A DNA stretch of 63,016 nucleotides, counting the filler, from Phoronis australis (Eukaryota; Animalia; Phoronida): the NCBI GenBank assembly GCA_002633005.1. It is 9 parts of 9 records of this genome, joined end to end, with 100 filler letters (N's around TTAATTAATTAA, not from the genome) between each part and the next. Parts side by side here need not be neighbours in the genome. Positions count along the whole stretch, not along the records: positions 3,317 to 28,581 come from NMRA01000097.1; positions 28,682 to 32,448 come from NMRA01002848.1; positions 32,549 to 35,196 come from NMRA01003529.1; positions 35,297 to 47,226 come from NMRA01001671.1; 5 more parts are not named here. The stretch is one strand, 5' to 3'. The notes beneath the pieces were generated by a model that was not told the DNA's origin, ran no database searches, and saw only the letters and a list, made by a program, of their open reading frames with translations. Positions 26,389 through 39,100 of the stretch are shown here, piece by piece; within the stretch, counting starts at the first letter, position 1; every line of letters starts with the position of its first letter. A program made the translations under genes and the position numbers.

Positions 26389-28581
26389 AAAGACTGTTGT
26401 CCAGTTTATAGACAAGTTAACTCTTAACGCCGGTTTCGCCTGTTTTCGGATTCACACGAAGGTTAAAAAGTTACTTACTTTGAAGAGTTCAAAAATTTTG
26501 AACATAATCGCTTTTAATACTACGATCCAATGAAATGTTTAAAAGGAATAAAAAGAATAGTTAATAAAGTTCAAAAGATATTACATGAACAACCCACACA
26601 GGTAAACAAAATTACAAATGACAGCAAGCCTAGGAGGCAGTGTAACGGCCGAAGGCGAAACGCTGTCGTCCTTTTCTACCAGATTCTGAAAATGACGAGC
26701 TACTCAGTACAAAAAAACGCATTATTAAAGGCGAAGGCAACCTTTTTTCATGTCATTTTTAACAAAAATAAGGTTTGTTGATTATCCCAGACATATTTTT
26801 CACTAATTTACTGTTTTTTTTAATTTAATTAATTACTCGTCGTCTATTCCGGAAGTGACGTTTGGGAGGCAGGAATTTCGCTCCAATTTCTTTTCATATA
26901 GGAATGGAACGCAAAAGCTCGTCATAACTAGTTTTAAACAACTCCTGACGAAAGTACCATCTCACACAGTACTTTTACCACGTGAAGAAATTGCGGGAAA
27001 ATCACAAAATTCACAATTTTTGAAATCCGATCTGAGGAAAAATTTTGATGTTACCACATAGTTTTTAATCTCCTCCCCACTTAAATGTATGGAAATTGGG
27101 TACACGAGCTCAGTCAGTTGCTTGAATTCGCTTATCAATGTTAAAGGTCGCATTTTTCATACTTGGATATGGTTCTACTGTGAGAAATATTTGAGTCCTT
27201 ACTTTAATTCCAGTAAATGAAAGTTTTACTTACTGCAGTAGCACGTGTACTACGTATGAAATCGGAGAATCAAAACACACCATTATATTTACTCAACTCA
27301 TCATCTTTAAGGCCACGACAATAGTGACTACAGGTGTACATGTATGTATCCAATTATCGGACATGTAACCTTAACCAAGCACTAAAGAAATGTGACAATG
27401 CATTATGCTGTCGCAGAATGACCACTTTGGAGATGAAATAAGTGCGGTAGATAAAACTGGTATTTTGACAATCAGAAAACAAAAAAAACATTCTACAAAT
27501 GAAAATTGCTAATGTACAAGCTACTGTTTTACCTGAAATTACGTACGGGCAACGTTGCCTTTTTTGAATTCCAGGTGATAGCTGCAATTGACCTATCGCA
27601 AGCTCCGCCCCTACGCGAAAAGTCACGTGATACCCGACATTCGAACGATATGTTAGAGGCAAATACACTGTCGCTAAACGACGTTCCTGGTGGAATCGTG
27701 AGTGTTTTTGCACTATTTAAAAACGCGTCGACGGAGATCGACAAGAGGCGACGCTTTTCAACAGTGAATCGTAAGTTCATGATATGGGAATTTGTAAAGG
27801 TGACGATGAAAAAATAAGTGCTCTAGGAGCCAGCGAAAATCCGAAGAACCCCTCGGCCTCGGGGCCACCTTCACCTGACAAATGACAAGGCAACTGGTAC
27901 GATATGTTCATGTAAAGCTGGGTATGTACCTTAAAGTCGAATTATCTGTACGACTCCATAGATTTCATGATCTTTCGAATAAAATCAGTGAAGTTTCACC
28001 GATATTTTTATTCTGTCGTCTGCTAAATTTCGCCAAATGTAATGTAGGTCACAACTGGTGGGACTCCTGGAGGAAAGTAGGTCATATATTACAGACAACA
28101 CATGCACTATAGTCTCTGACTAGATCGACCCGATAGCTTTTCTAATTTTGTAACGAAATATTTTGATAAAAATATTCAGGTCCATAGCTCAGGTACAAAC
28201 TCATCTCGTCCTGGGCAAACAGTTAGCTCCGGTAGGTCTAGGCCTGTGTCTGGAATTCAGTGGCGGATCTAGGATACCACAGGGGGACCCAACATATGTT
28301 GCCTCGTGGAATTGGGCAAAGAGAGATTGTATGTGCACAGGCGGCCCGAAAGTTGCAGGGGCCAGGGATGTAGACCGTTGGACCTTCTGTTCAGAAAATG
28401 TATCGGTGGACTAAAAAAACAGGAACACGATTCCGCCGCGATCTGGGGTCTGAGCCCCCCCTCTTCGGCTACCGGTCCTAGTTACTGAACTCAATATTTT
28501 CTCACGCTGTTGCCTTTTCATTTTGCTTGCGGCAGCCAAGGGGGGTGGGCTGGGGCTACTGCCCCGCCCCCCCCCCCCCCA

Positions 28582-28681
28582 NNNNNNNNNNNNNNNNNNN
28601 NNNNNNNNNNNNNNNNNNNNNNNNNTTAATTAATTAANNNNNNNNNNNNNNNNNNNNNNNNNNNNNNNNNNNNNNNNNNNN
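28582..28681. other. Artificial contig linker
   Basis: Same N44-TTAATTAATTAA-N44 structure. Confidence 0.98.
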
Positions 28682-28949
28682 CCAACGGAATAAAGACTGT
28701 GAACAATGACAAGTGTCATGCATTTAACAAATTCTGTATAACCGAAAACTTGCTCCCGAAGTATAGTTAGAACTAAGAACAGTAGACATGTGGTTTATTC
28801 CAATATGGCTCAGACCGGAAGAGGGGAGAGAAGGAGCTCTCTAGTACAGGAAACATCAGGTTTGAATGTACAGGATATAACATTATAGTCCATAGACACT
28901 GGTAGAGTCCACAGAGAATAGTGCAATATTATGACAGACGGGTCAGTTG

Positions 28950-29560
28950 TCTCTACAGCAGAAATCAGCTCATCATCAGTAGAGTCACTCTGATCATGAC
29001 CCAGGACATATAAAGCTTGGTTTGAGGGCATTTCGACGAGCCTTTGAAGTGTTTTTTTTTTGCCACATGCCGCACATTTCTTCCCATATGCAGGGCACTC
29101 TTTTTTATGGGGTGCGATTTTAAACAGTAGTAGCACTCCTTGATGTGCTGTTTAGGCTTAGGAGGGGCGTCCTTGGGGCGTCCCTGTCATCTTTCAGCAT
29201 GATTCACCTTGCGGTGACTTAGTTTATGGGCTTCGGTGGTGGTCTACATGGTCTTCGTGTGTTTCTTGGTTGCTTCGCAGGCCTTTGCGATTTCTGTCAC
29301 ACAGTCGTCCATCATTTTCTGTTGGGTGTCTTTGGTCCCTCACGCCACAAATTATACCATTTCGTAGTGCATTGTCAGCAGGTGTCATAATCGCATGTTC
29401 AAAAGTTGCTAGTTTTTGTTTAACACGCAGGTCTGCTAAGCACGCAGTCTCTTCTGGCTTCTGGTCACAACATAAAAATAAGAAGTGGGGTATGGCCTCA
29501 TTTGTCTGACCTATGCATAGTCTCAAACGAGCCATTGTCTCCTGTAAACTTTGGTTCCGG
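28950..29560 (-). mobile_element. Degenerate Ty3/Gypsy gag fragment
   Basis: HKKECPAYGKKCAACGKK zinc-knuckle remnant; upstream ALRNGIICGVRD gag motif; frameshifted. Confidence 0.75.
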
Positions 29561-29759
29561 TAAGAACTCAGACGGTTTCAGTTTTCCTTCCTCCACGCCC
29601 GGATTCTCCACCATGGAAGGTTGTTCTGAGCATATCACTTAATCTTAATTATGTGATAACGATGGATTGATAAGATAAAGAAATGCATCTTTTGGTTTCC
29701 ACTACAGATGTGCATTATGGCTGACCGCCAAAATCCCAGAACTCTCTGCGTGACCAGGG

Positions 29760-29885
29760 GAGATAACACTCATAACACTAGGCATCGGACCCAAAATATC
29801 TATTGCTAAATATTTCCATGGGCCTGATGGCAGCTCAGTTCTTAGAACTAGTTTCCCAATGCAAGACAGCTCATCTTGTACCATT
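29760..29885 (-). mobile_element. Gypsy integrase fragment
   Basis: TELPSGPWKYLAIDILGPMPS (P..PW....D..GP motif). Confidence 0.7.
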
Positions 29886-30039
29886 CGGAAAGAAGGGAGG
29901 CACTGTGACCAATTATCTGAGATCTAAGAGATTTACATACTTTGGACAGTGCATGATCATTTGGCAGATGCTTTTTCTTTGTCTCGTGGAGTTATCGAAT
30001 TTGGTACAGAATTAAAAGCAACGAAATATGCATACTCCT

Positions 30040-30179
30040 TGTCATGTATGCATGTAAACGAGACGGAGTCACATGTTCAACTGCTATGTTAAGATCAGAG
30101 CTAATGCATTACAGGAACAGTAACCGAGGTCAGGTGTCAACACAGGGTTACAACCTCCATATATGACATCCCCCTTTTA
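30040..30179 (-). mobile_element. Putative short 3' LTR (30040-30168) with polypurine tract (30169-30179)
   Basis: TGTCAT...ATGACA inverted termini; minus-strand aaaaggggga directly precedes TGT; lies downstream of the pol integrase. Confidence 0.7.
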
Positions 30180-30299
30180 GGCAAACAAACTAGCAAAAAT
30201 GCGAATGTCAAACTACTTAATATGTAACAACAAACAACTAAACTACTAACACAATTGAAACGTTCGTTAAACCAACCAACTGGTCGTAGATCGGCGGCA

Positions 30300-32448
30300 T
30301 CACGTGGGACTCATCAGGTGATTTATTGATGACCCGCCGATTGCGCTGGAGTGTCACCGGTCTCTGTAGTCACGAAGTATGACCGCGGGGCATTGTGTTT
30401 TACAGTGACGACAGCGTGCGTCCATGTTTTCCCTTCCTTAATGCGCACACTGTCACCGATGTTATGATCAGGAAGAGATTTTGCACTACGATTATAGAAT
30501 CCGGCTTGCGCTTCTTGACGGTCGCACAGCGCTTGTCAGGCATTGTCGGGTACCGAAGGAGACAAAAGCTCAGATCTTGTGGGTATTTTGTCCCTCAATC
30601 TCCGGCTCATTAACAACTGAGCTGGCGAATAACGCAAACCGGTTACCGGTGTGTTACGGTACTCCAGGAGGGCAATAGTTGGATCCCGGTCTTCATGTTT
30701 CACCTTCCTGAGTAACGCTTTGATTGTGCCAACAAGCTTCTCGCTCTGTCCGTTAGATTGCGGGTATCTAGGAATGCTAGTCGTGATCTGAAAATTCCAC
30801 TTGCGAGCAAACTATTGCATAGCGTAACTCGCGAAAGGCATGTTGTCACACACTAGTATGTCCGGGATGCCATGTCTGGCAAAAATAGGTTTCATGGCCT
30901 TGATTACACTGTGTGCCGTGTTACCGTGCAAGTGCGCAACTTCAGGATATTTAGAGTAATAGTCAACAATGACCAAAATATATAGATATTCGCACCAGTT
31001 TTCGATCATGGCCGGACAGGTACACTGTGGGGTGTGAGCGGGTCCATGGGGTTGCTGCGCTTATAAGTGGCACACGTAGCACAGCTGTTAATCATGTCCT
31101 CTATATCCTTACTCATGTTGGGCCAATATAGACTGTCACGTGCGCGGGACTTGCACTTGTCTATCCCGAGATGACTCTCGTGTAGTCTTTACAACATTTC
31201 ATGGGGCTCAGCTGGAGGAACGATTAATTTGCTACCCACAAAAATATACCATCTTCTTCGTGAATTTCATCTTGAATGGGCCAATAAGGCTGTAAATCAA
31301 TCGGTACGTTTCCTCTATGCGCTGGCCGTCCCCTTCGTATAAATTGATGCTACTTTGCAAACGTGCTATCACGCACTGATGCTTCGTGTAGACATTGCAG
31401 TTTTGCAGGCTATGCAGGTAACGATGACGTAACCGTATGAACGCGTAAAACGTCTAACCCACTGTCCGCACCAGCACTATCGAGGTACGCACGAGACAAA
31501 GTGTCCGCTATGTACATTTTAGATCCCTGTACATACTTCACCTTCAGCTGATACCTCAGTAATCGCAAAAGCATGAGTTGTAGACGAGGCGAGGGTTTTA
31601 AGGGTTTAAGCAGTGATTTCTGGAAAATTGTTTCCTGAGGCTTGTGATCGCTCTCTACCTCCACTTCATGTCCGTAAATAAATTGATGAAATTGTTCTGC
31701 TGCAAACACAATTGCCAGCATTTCTTGCTCAATTTGCACGTATTGCGTCTCCGTGTCCGGCAAAGCGCGTGACGCAAACGCAACTGGTTGCCGATTTTGC
31801 AAGAGGCACGCACCTAGTCCACTCGATGACGAATCGGCCTGCAACGTGATCAGTAGTTTTGGGTCAAACAAACGAAGAGTCGGACTGTCACTGATTACAG
31901 GCTTAATGTGCTTCATGGCTTCATCATGTTCAGGAAGCCATTCCCACGGGACGTCTTTTTTCAGTAAACTCCGTAACGGGCTGGTCAGAGACGACATATT
32001 TGGTATGAACGATGCAAGGAAATTTAACATTCCGAGCAATCTTTGAACTCCAGATTGATCCACCGAATTTGGCATAGCCACGATAGCTTTAATTTTTTTA
32101 TCGTCTTGACTTATACCATCTAGTCCGACACGGCGACCCATATATGACACTTCCGTCAATTTGAATGGAATTTTTCGCCTGTTGAACTTCACGTTTTCTT
32201 GACGACCGCATTCCATCACTCTTCATAATATGTCATCATGTTGCTGTTCGGAATCCGCAGCAATTAAAATATCGTCCGAGATGACATGAACACCCTCAAT
32301 GTCACCGAACGTCTTGTACGTTCGTTTCTGCAAAATCTCACTGGCACTGGTTATTCCAAATGGCATCCGCAAAAACCGGAAACGACCGAAAGGTGTGTTA
32401 AACGTACACAAATACGAGCTCGGCTCTGATCTAGCACCACTTGCCAAT
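30300..32448 (-). mobile_element. Degenerate Ty3/Gypsy pol (RT-RNase H-integrase), truncated by the contig end
   Basis: CTFNTPFGRFRFLRMPFGI, ISDDILI, LQADSSSSGLGACLLQ, EMLAIVFAAEQFHQFIYG, ESDHKP, ADTLSRA, IVDYYSKYPEV, IFARHGIPD; stops and frameshifts. Confidence 0.95.
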
Positions 32449-32548
32449 NNNNNNNNNNNNNNNNNNNNNNNNNNNNNNNNNNNNNNNNNNNNTTAATTAA
32501 TTAANNNNNNNNNNNNNNNNNNNNNNNNNNNNNNNNNNNNNNNNNNNN
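32449..32548. other. Artificial contig linker
   Basis: Same N44-TTAATTAATTAA-N44 structure. Confidence 0.98.
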
Positions 32549-34473
32549 GCCACAAGCATTCCCAAGGGCAGGGTACGCCGAGAGGCGGCAGCACAGGTGG
32601 TGGACCTTTCGATAGACTTGTGCCAATGGACCATTTCTGTTCTTCACAGCTGAGTTTCATTCCCTCTGCTTCCCCTTCCCGTATAAATTGACTGTGTTAA
32701 ACTATTTTTGAACGTACTCACGAAATATCGATTGCTACGAACGCCATTTTGTTTTTGTTTTGTGGGCTAACTTGTGAACCGTAGGCTGTTTCACTTTTCC
32801 CATTGTTGCTTTTCGATATTGGTGGCGCTGTGACTGAAATTATGGCTTTTAACTCCAACGAGCTTCGGTGAAGATTGACAAGTAAACAACAACGAAACTC
32901 CTTTTCTGTGTCCAAAACATTAGTCGCGAATGCTTGTCAACGATGACGCACTTTTTCAGTATGAATCCAGGCTTTCCTCTGGCGAGTAGGAGAGAAAGAA
33001 ATAGATAATAAAAATACGACATAAAAAGTAAGGAATACAAATATGGGATGTAATTATCATTTTCTTATCACACATTTGACATACGACTGGAAGACTGACA
33101 CAAGAAACCAATGCTGCAATGTGTTTCGGCTCGTGACAAAATTCGTGATATACGGCCGCTCCTGTAATTTTCTACCCCTTCCATATCTTTGATAATCAAT
33201 TTCAGTTTCTACGATCGTCTGACATTGTTTCCTACTTTGGCGATTAAGTGTGTTTCTCGTCCAGTAATTTCACCAGTTTACAAAAGACGGACATTTGTAT
33301 TCAGTGTTCACGACAAATTCAACGCACCACATAGTTTACAGGCAAGTAAGGCCCATATCGGCGGGATACAGACCTTGGCCTTGGATGGCAATANCACCTG
33401 CCACAACTCTTGTGTCAGACATCATGTGAGAAACATTTGCACACCAGGGGGGGCTCAGGGGGCTCAAATGAGTCCCTCCATTTGGCGAAGTGAGCAAAAA
33501 AGGTCCGCCTCAGAGAAATAAAAAAAGTAAACGAGACAAAAGTCCAATAAGAAGGCAGAAACTACCAAAGTTCTGCGAATCCACAATTCATAGCTCTGAA
33601 CGGTACCCCATGAATCTTAATAAAAGTTCCACAGCCTCAAAAATTTGAGCCCCCAATTTTTTAGGCTCGGTGCGCGCATGAGGGGTCACATCAAATAATA
33701 AGTGTTTGCTATATTTTCAGTTTCGTATTTTTGTGTTTTGTTTTGTCACACTAGGAAAAAAGTGCACGTTAAATGGTCGGTTTTGGACAGATATGTGGGA
33801 ATGTGATTGTTGTGGTAAATGGCTTGTGTCTTCATGGCTTTTGTCTCAATTTCAGGCATCTACAAATAGGACCTACGGGTATCATCTTTGCAGAAATGTT
33901 TGAATGTATCTGTTGATGTAAGTGCCAGAATAACCCGCGGCTGCTCTTTAACTCCATTAGTTGGTTTTGTTTGTACGAGTTTTCGAAGCAGGTGACCCTT
34001 TTTAACTATCCGTACTTATGCTATAGGGCGACATTTCAATTAGGTCTGATTTTTATTTAAAAATTTGTACTCATTTTTTTTTTATGAGATACACTTTTAG
34101 GTTACAAAAAATCAATCTGAAAAGAAACATTTTTATACTTTGGTTCAGTCATCAATGTCAGGACTAAAAAACAATGTGCATTGATGATAATCCGTGAAAC
34201 TTTGGAATCACCGTAGCACGGTTGGAATGGGTCCTAGAGTTCTAATTTCATGTGTACCCAATACCGAGAGTTGCGAACCTGCGCAACATTGCGGAAGTTG
34301 TCTAAAACGGCAGTAACGACAAGAAATTGACATACCATGAAAGGTTTCACCTACACTTGGAAAAACAGTGTTCGAAGGCTAATTTGAAGCTATATGTTAT
34401 TTTAATATAACTTTCTCTGCTATTTCATAGGACGGTTTGCAGGAAAAGCTCAACTGGTCTGATGGGCCGAGGT

Positions 34474-34524
34474 TTATTACAACGGCCCATTTTACTACTG
34501 TGACAAAATGGGCCGTTGTAGTAA
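34474..34524. repeat. 20-bp inverted repeat (hairpin) with 11-nt spacer
   Basis: ttattacaacggcccatttt / aaaatgggccgttgtagtaa, 1 mismatch. Confidence 0.85.
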
Positions 34525-35139
34525 TTCGGGGGACACGTTTCGACCCAATTTGTTACAGCTTTGTAATAGACCGAGCTGTTGCAACGAATCCGGGTCCGAT
34601 TTGTTACAACAAATGGTGTGGCTCCAAGAGTACTTCCCGTTGCCAGCTCGGGTGGACCTCCCAACATGGCGGTACTTTCCATAGCCATTTCGAGGAGTAG
34701 TCGCTGCCAACATCCAGCTTGGAGCGTCCGCAGCCAGTTCAGGGAGTACTCTTAGATCCAGCTTGAAGGGTAACTCCAGCACCGAACCATCCTAGGATAC
34801 TTCTATAGCCAACTCATGAGACAGTCCCAATATCAGTTCAAGGGGAGCGCTACACTCAATTATGAGTTTCTCGAGTGTCCATTACAATGGCGTAGCCAGA
34901 AGTTTTCAATAGGTGGGGCCAAATTTGGAAATCGATAAAGCGACAGTCCGGGAGGGGTGGTCCCCTTTCTCCACGGCAATACACAGTACACCGTTTTTTG
35001 TCCTTATAAACCATGTTATCGAAAACATTTGATGGTGTTTCTTTGCTTTTTTGATACTTTATTTCTCAAAATAAAGCAAATACATCAACGGTAATACGTG
35101 CTTAAGACAAAACATCATGCATGTACATGTGCACGCGCG

Positions 35140-35196
35140 CACACACACACACACATTTATAGAAACACACACACACACGCACACACACACACACAC
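35140..35196. repeat. Interrupted (CA)n microsatellite at contig end
   Basis: Visible CA runs. Confidence 0.95.
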
Positions 35197-35296
35197 NNNN
35201 NNNNNNNNNNNNNNNNNNNNNNNNNNNNNNNNNNNNNNNNTTAATTAATTAANNNNNNNNNNNNNNNNNNNNNNNNNNNNNNNNNNNNNNNNNNNN
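35197..35296. other. Artificial contig linker
   Basis: Same N44-TTAATTAATTAA-N44 structure. Confidence 0.98.
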
Positions 35297-36115
35297 GCAA
35301 GTCCAGTGGGTGAGCTTCCTGAAAAGGTGGACGGTCTGTATAACAAATCTAAAAATTTATTAACTGAGACACAATCATCTAACCTGCATCGGTTACTACT
35401 AAATTATTCAGACATTTTTGCTACAGATGACCTGGATCTGGGTAATTTTACGGCAGTTGAGCATAGTATTGACACAGGCGATGCTCAACCTATCAAAATG
35501 GCTATGCGACGTACCCCAAGTTGTTTTGTGACAGAAGAAGAGAGCCATCTTAATAAGATGCTTAAAGCTGGTGTCATTGTTCCTTCTTCTAGCGAATGGG
35601 CTGCAGCTCCTGTTCTGATTCGTAAAAAACTGACTGGTCAGTTTGTTACTGCATTGATTATAGAAAACTGAATAATGTCTCTAGAAAATATTCATGGCCT
35701 TTACCTCTCATTTATGAGTGTATTGACTTACTGTCTGGTAACAAGTGGTTCACTAAGCTAGATGCCAATTCTGCCTATTGGCAAGTTAAACTCCGTGAAG
35801 AAGGTCGGAAAAAACGGATTTTATAACCAAATATGGGTTGTTTGAGTTCAAATCCATGCCATTTGGACTATGTGGTGCGCCTTCTACGTTTTCCAGAGCA
35901 ATGAGTTTAGTTCTCAGAGGTTCAAATTGGCACACAGTTCTTGCATTCCTCGATGATATCTTAATACTGAGGTCAACCTTTGATGAGCACATTGCTAACT
36001 TGGAGGAAGTGTTTCAGAGCTTACGGAAGTTTCAACTCAAATTGAAACCTATAAATTGTCTTCTTTTCCAGCAGCGTGTAGAGTTTTTAGGTAGATGGGT
36101 AGGACCACGCGGTTT
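35297..36115 (+). mobile_element. Degenerate Ty3/Gypsy reverse transcriptase fragment
   Basis: HSIDTGDAQPIK, VIVPSSSEWAAAPVLIRKK, KLDANSAYWQV, MPFGLCGAPSTF, AFLDDILI, VEFLG; frameshifts. Confidence 0.93.
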
Positions 36116-39100
36116 GTGACCTTGACGAGACAGGTTTTGGTCTGTACATTACGGCTTCAGTTGTTCATTCCTCTCGTTGCCTGATGATGTGACATGAAGT
36201 CACGAAATATAGCTACTGTTTTGGTTTGCTTAGTTTTTTTCTTTCTCTCGCATTTTTACTTCATACCTGTACACCAGAAGAAAGGAAACTGTTTCTGAAT
36301 TACGAACGTACCACTGTCAAGCTCGCTAACAAAATCTAGTCGTGTTAAGTAGAATAGTGATTTGTTTAGGCACCTTGTTTGAGCGGGTCCTCGGCCAAAG
36401 GTCATAGACCAAAAGTCAAATATCACGTGTGATGTGTGTAACCAAAATACTCTCTGAAACAGCACCACCTATACTGAAAAGTGGCCCTGTAGAAACATGA
36501 TGAACGACACACGGAATTCGGTGTGTGGACATCAATGCCCATGCTTGGTCGGAAGTTTATCGATCACATCACCATGTACACGCCTTCTATGCACTGCACT
36601 TGTTTGGGCATAGCCACGGGATCGGGGTTGCCTTCCTTTAGTTTACTTCGATCACTACTCGTTTTAATAAATTGCAACTTTTCAATTCAAAGGGGTTTTC
36701 CAGATTTCAACCAATGAGAATGACTGAATGTTATGACGTCGGTTTCATTACTTTAACCAATGATAAACAATATCCCAAAGTGCTACCTAACGTAGCACTG
36801 TGAAAAAGTGTATAATCAAAAGTGACGTTATCCGCAAACCGGAAGGAAGTGAAATGGAGGTCAATGGTCAACGTTAACAAGTTCAAAATAGACTTGAAAG
36901 TGACACCATCGATCAAACTGCGGATTCATTGAAGTGAAGTCATAACCGGAAGGCAGTGGGTATGTGCAACTGGAATTGCTTCTAGAGCGAAAGTGGTGTG
37001 TTTTAAAGCTGACGACATCTATTATAAGTATTGTGGCTTGGCGTGTGACTGGCATTTCTGGATGAGTGGATATTTTACCTGGAATGAAATTAGTGGGACG
37101 ATTTGGCTGCCACTGTCATCTCTCGGAATTTATTAATGAGCTACAGAAACAGATATCGTAATGACAGACAATCCCTGGTGAGATTGCGGGACCTGCAGTG
37201 TCTGTATACGTCATATGTTATTGCATTTTTTCCTGCATCAAAATAGATACGTCAAAAGTTTTTTTATAGCTTTTTGTTGTACATTAGTGCAATTTGTGAG
37301 CAGCTAAAATGATGGCCTCTGGAGAAATTGTCAAAAGTAATCTGAAACATTGACGCTACGGTCTTGATAGAAGTGGAGTTAATAATACAGACTTACCGCC
37401 GTAGTAAGAAAGTAATTGTTGCTGTGGCGGATGATCTTATAAAATACCGTTTGGGAGTAGATTTTTATGCGGTACAAATGATGATGATGACAGCATGTTA
37501 TATAGTCTTTGCATTTATCTGTATCCGTAGTTGTTTAGTTTGTAACATTCCTTGTTTTTACCTATACCTGTAGTAGTTTAGTTTGTCATAATACATGTGA
37601 CTTTATAACTCAACCACATGTGTTGTTTCACTGTAAACTAGTTTCGTAGTGGGTTAGACGAACGCAAGATGTGCTGAATGAAATAGACCACTACGAGAGG
37701 TGGTGCTAGTGTACATAGAAATGAAGGTTTGACCCATCATTCAAAGTATCGAAAAATAAACGGTTTTATTAACTCCCATCGCCACGCTTAGCACACATAT
37801 CATTTCCATCTTAACAGCTTTTCCGTGTGACTATTGTGCAGGAAGTAAACTGTGTCGGCACCAACTGTCGAGACATCCAGGAACAGCTTGTTCAAAATGA
37901 GGTAGGATCACCTCACCACCTGCTTTTATCCTGCAGTCAATCGTAACTGCCCTTTTGACTCATGTAATTAATCGTCCCTTTGCTGTCAGTGCCTTCAAGA
38001 AGATAAAGTTTGAAGTATCAGAAGAAGGAGAAGGAAAGGACCAGATTCCACAAGTTGGCTTGTCAAGACGTGTCATATATGCAATGACCATGCTCTCAAA
38101 CAATAACGAGCTGCCAGTTCTTTGCATACCCGGAAATCATTTCTGGCTCTAGAATGGGAAAGACCGAGACTACTTTACAGTGTTAAGGGCTTTAGTCAAA
38201 TGTCCTTTACTTGGACGGAACGCGAGATTACAGCCACTTTAAGATTTGCGTCAATATGTAGAAACCAAGAAGAAAAATGGAACTATTTTGAAAAACTCTT
38301 CTCGGTAGGAGTATTTCGAAAGCCGTAAAGCATTAATAATCAAATACTCACATCTGGTTCCCGCTACCATAGAGCTTGGCAGTGTGGGGAAAGGATTTTC
38401 GGTTCATGACGCCAGCATAACAACAATTGTCGAGACGTCGCAACAGTTTATTGAAACAAAGTGTAACGTCACCAAATCGTTATTTCGTGGATAATAGCGA
38501 GTTGGTCGACTGCTACTTCTATTGAAATGGAATCAGAGATTGCTTTATTCTAGGTAAAAGAGCTGAATGTCCATCAAAGGTAACCCCGTGGTTGAGCCAT
38601 TGACATTTCAAAGCGCATTGGTAATACAATTATAGTGTCAGCAGAGTGAACATTGGCAAAGTTCCGTGAAGAAGACTTGAAATCTCTTATTAGGACATAT
38701 TTTGCTTATACTGTACCTTTACTACCCCGAACGCAAACTATAGTTTCGAAAATAGGCATATTTCTTTCGCGATTGTGTGCCGGTCTAAAATGAGCGTCGC
38801 TCGCAGCGTGCTTTCAGTCTGCATGTACGTACAGCCGTCCGTATACTATTTGCATAGAACTCTGCCCGTGGAAGGCCAAATTCCTGCACGTGACCAATTG
38901 AGACTCTTGAGGTACGGTGCCATACAGTCGGCAAATTCTCGGCAAAATTAGTCAACAAACCCGGCAATTATTCTGGTCATTCTTTATAAGTACCGGCTGG
39001 TGGCCCTACATGTAGGAGGATGGCAGAAGGAGTTTACACGGGCGGAGCACCACTGAAAAACGTGAGGGCTATAGCCCCCCAGCTCCATAGACCACGGGCG

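Noticed and set aside
32549-32750. Minus-strand gene start ATGGCGTTC...TTC|gtgagt with an open frame to the contig end
   Set aside because: The implied intron is only ~31 bp and the peptide is unrecognisable
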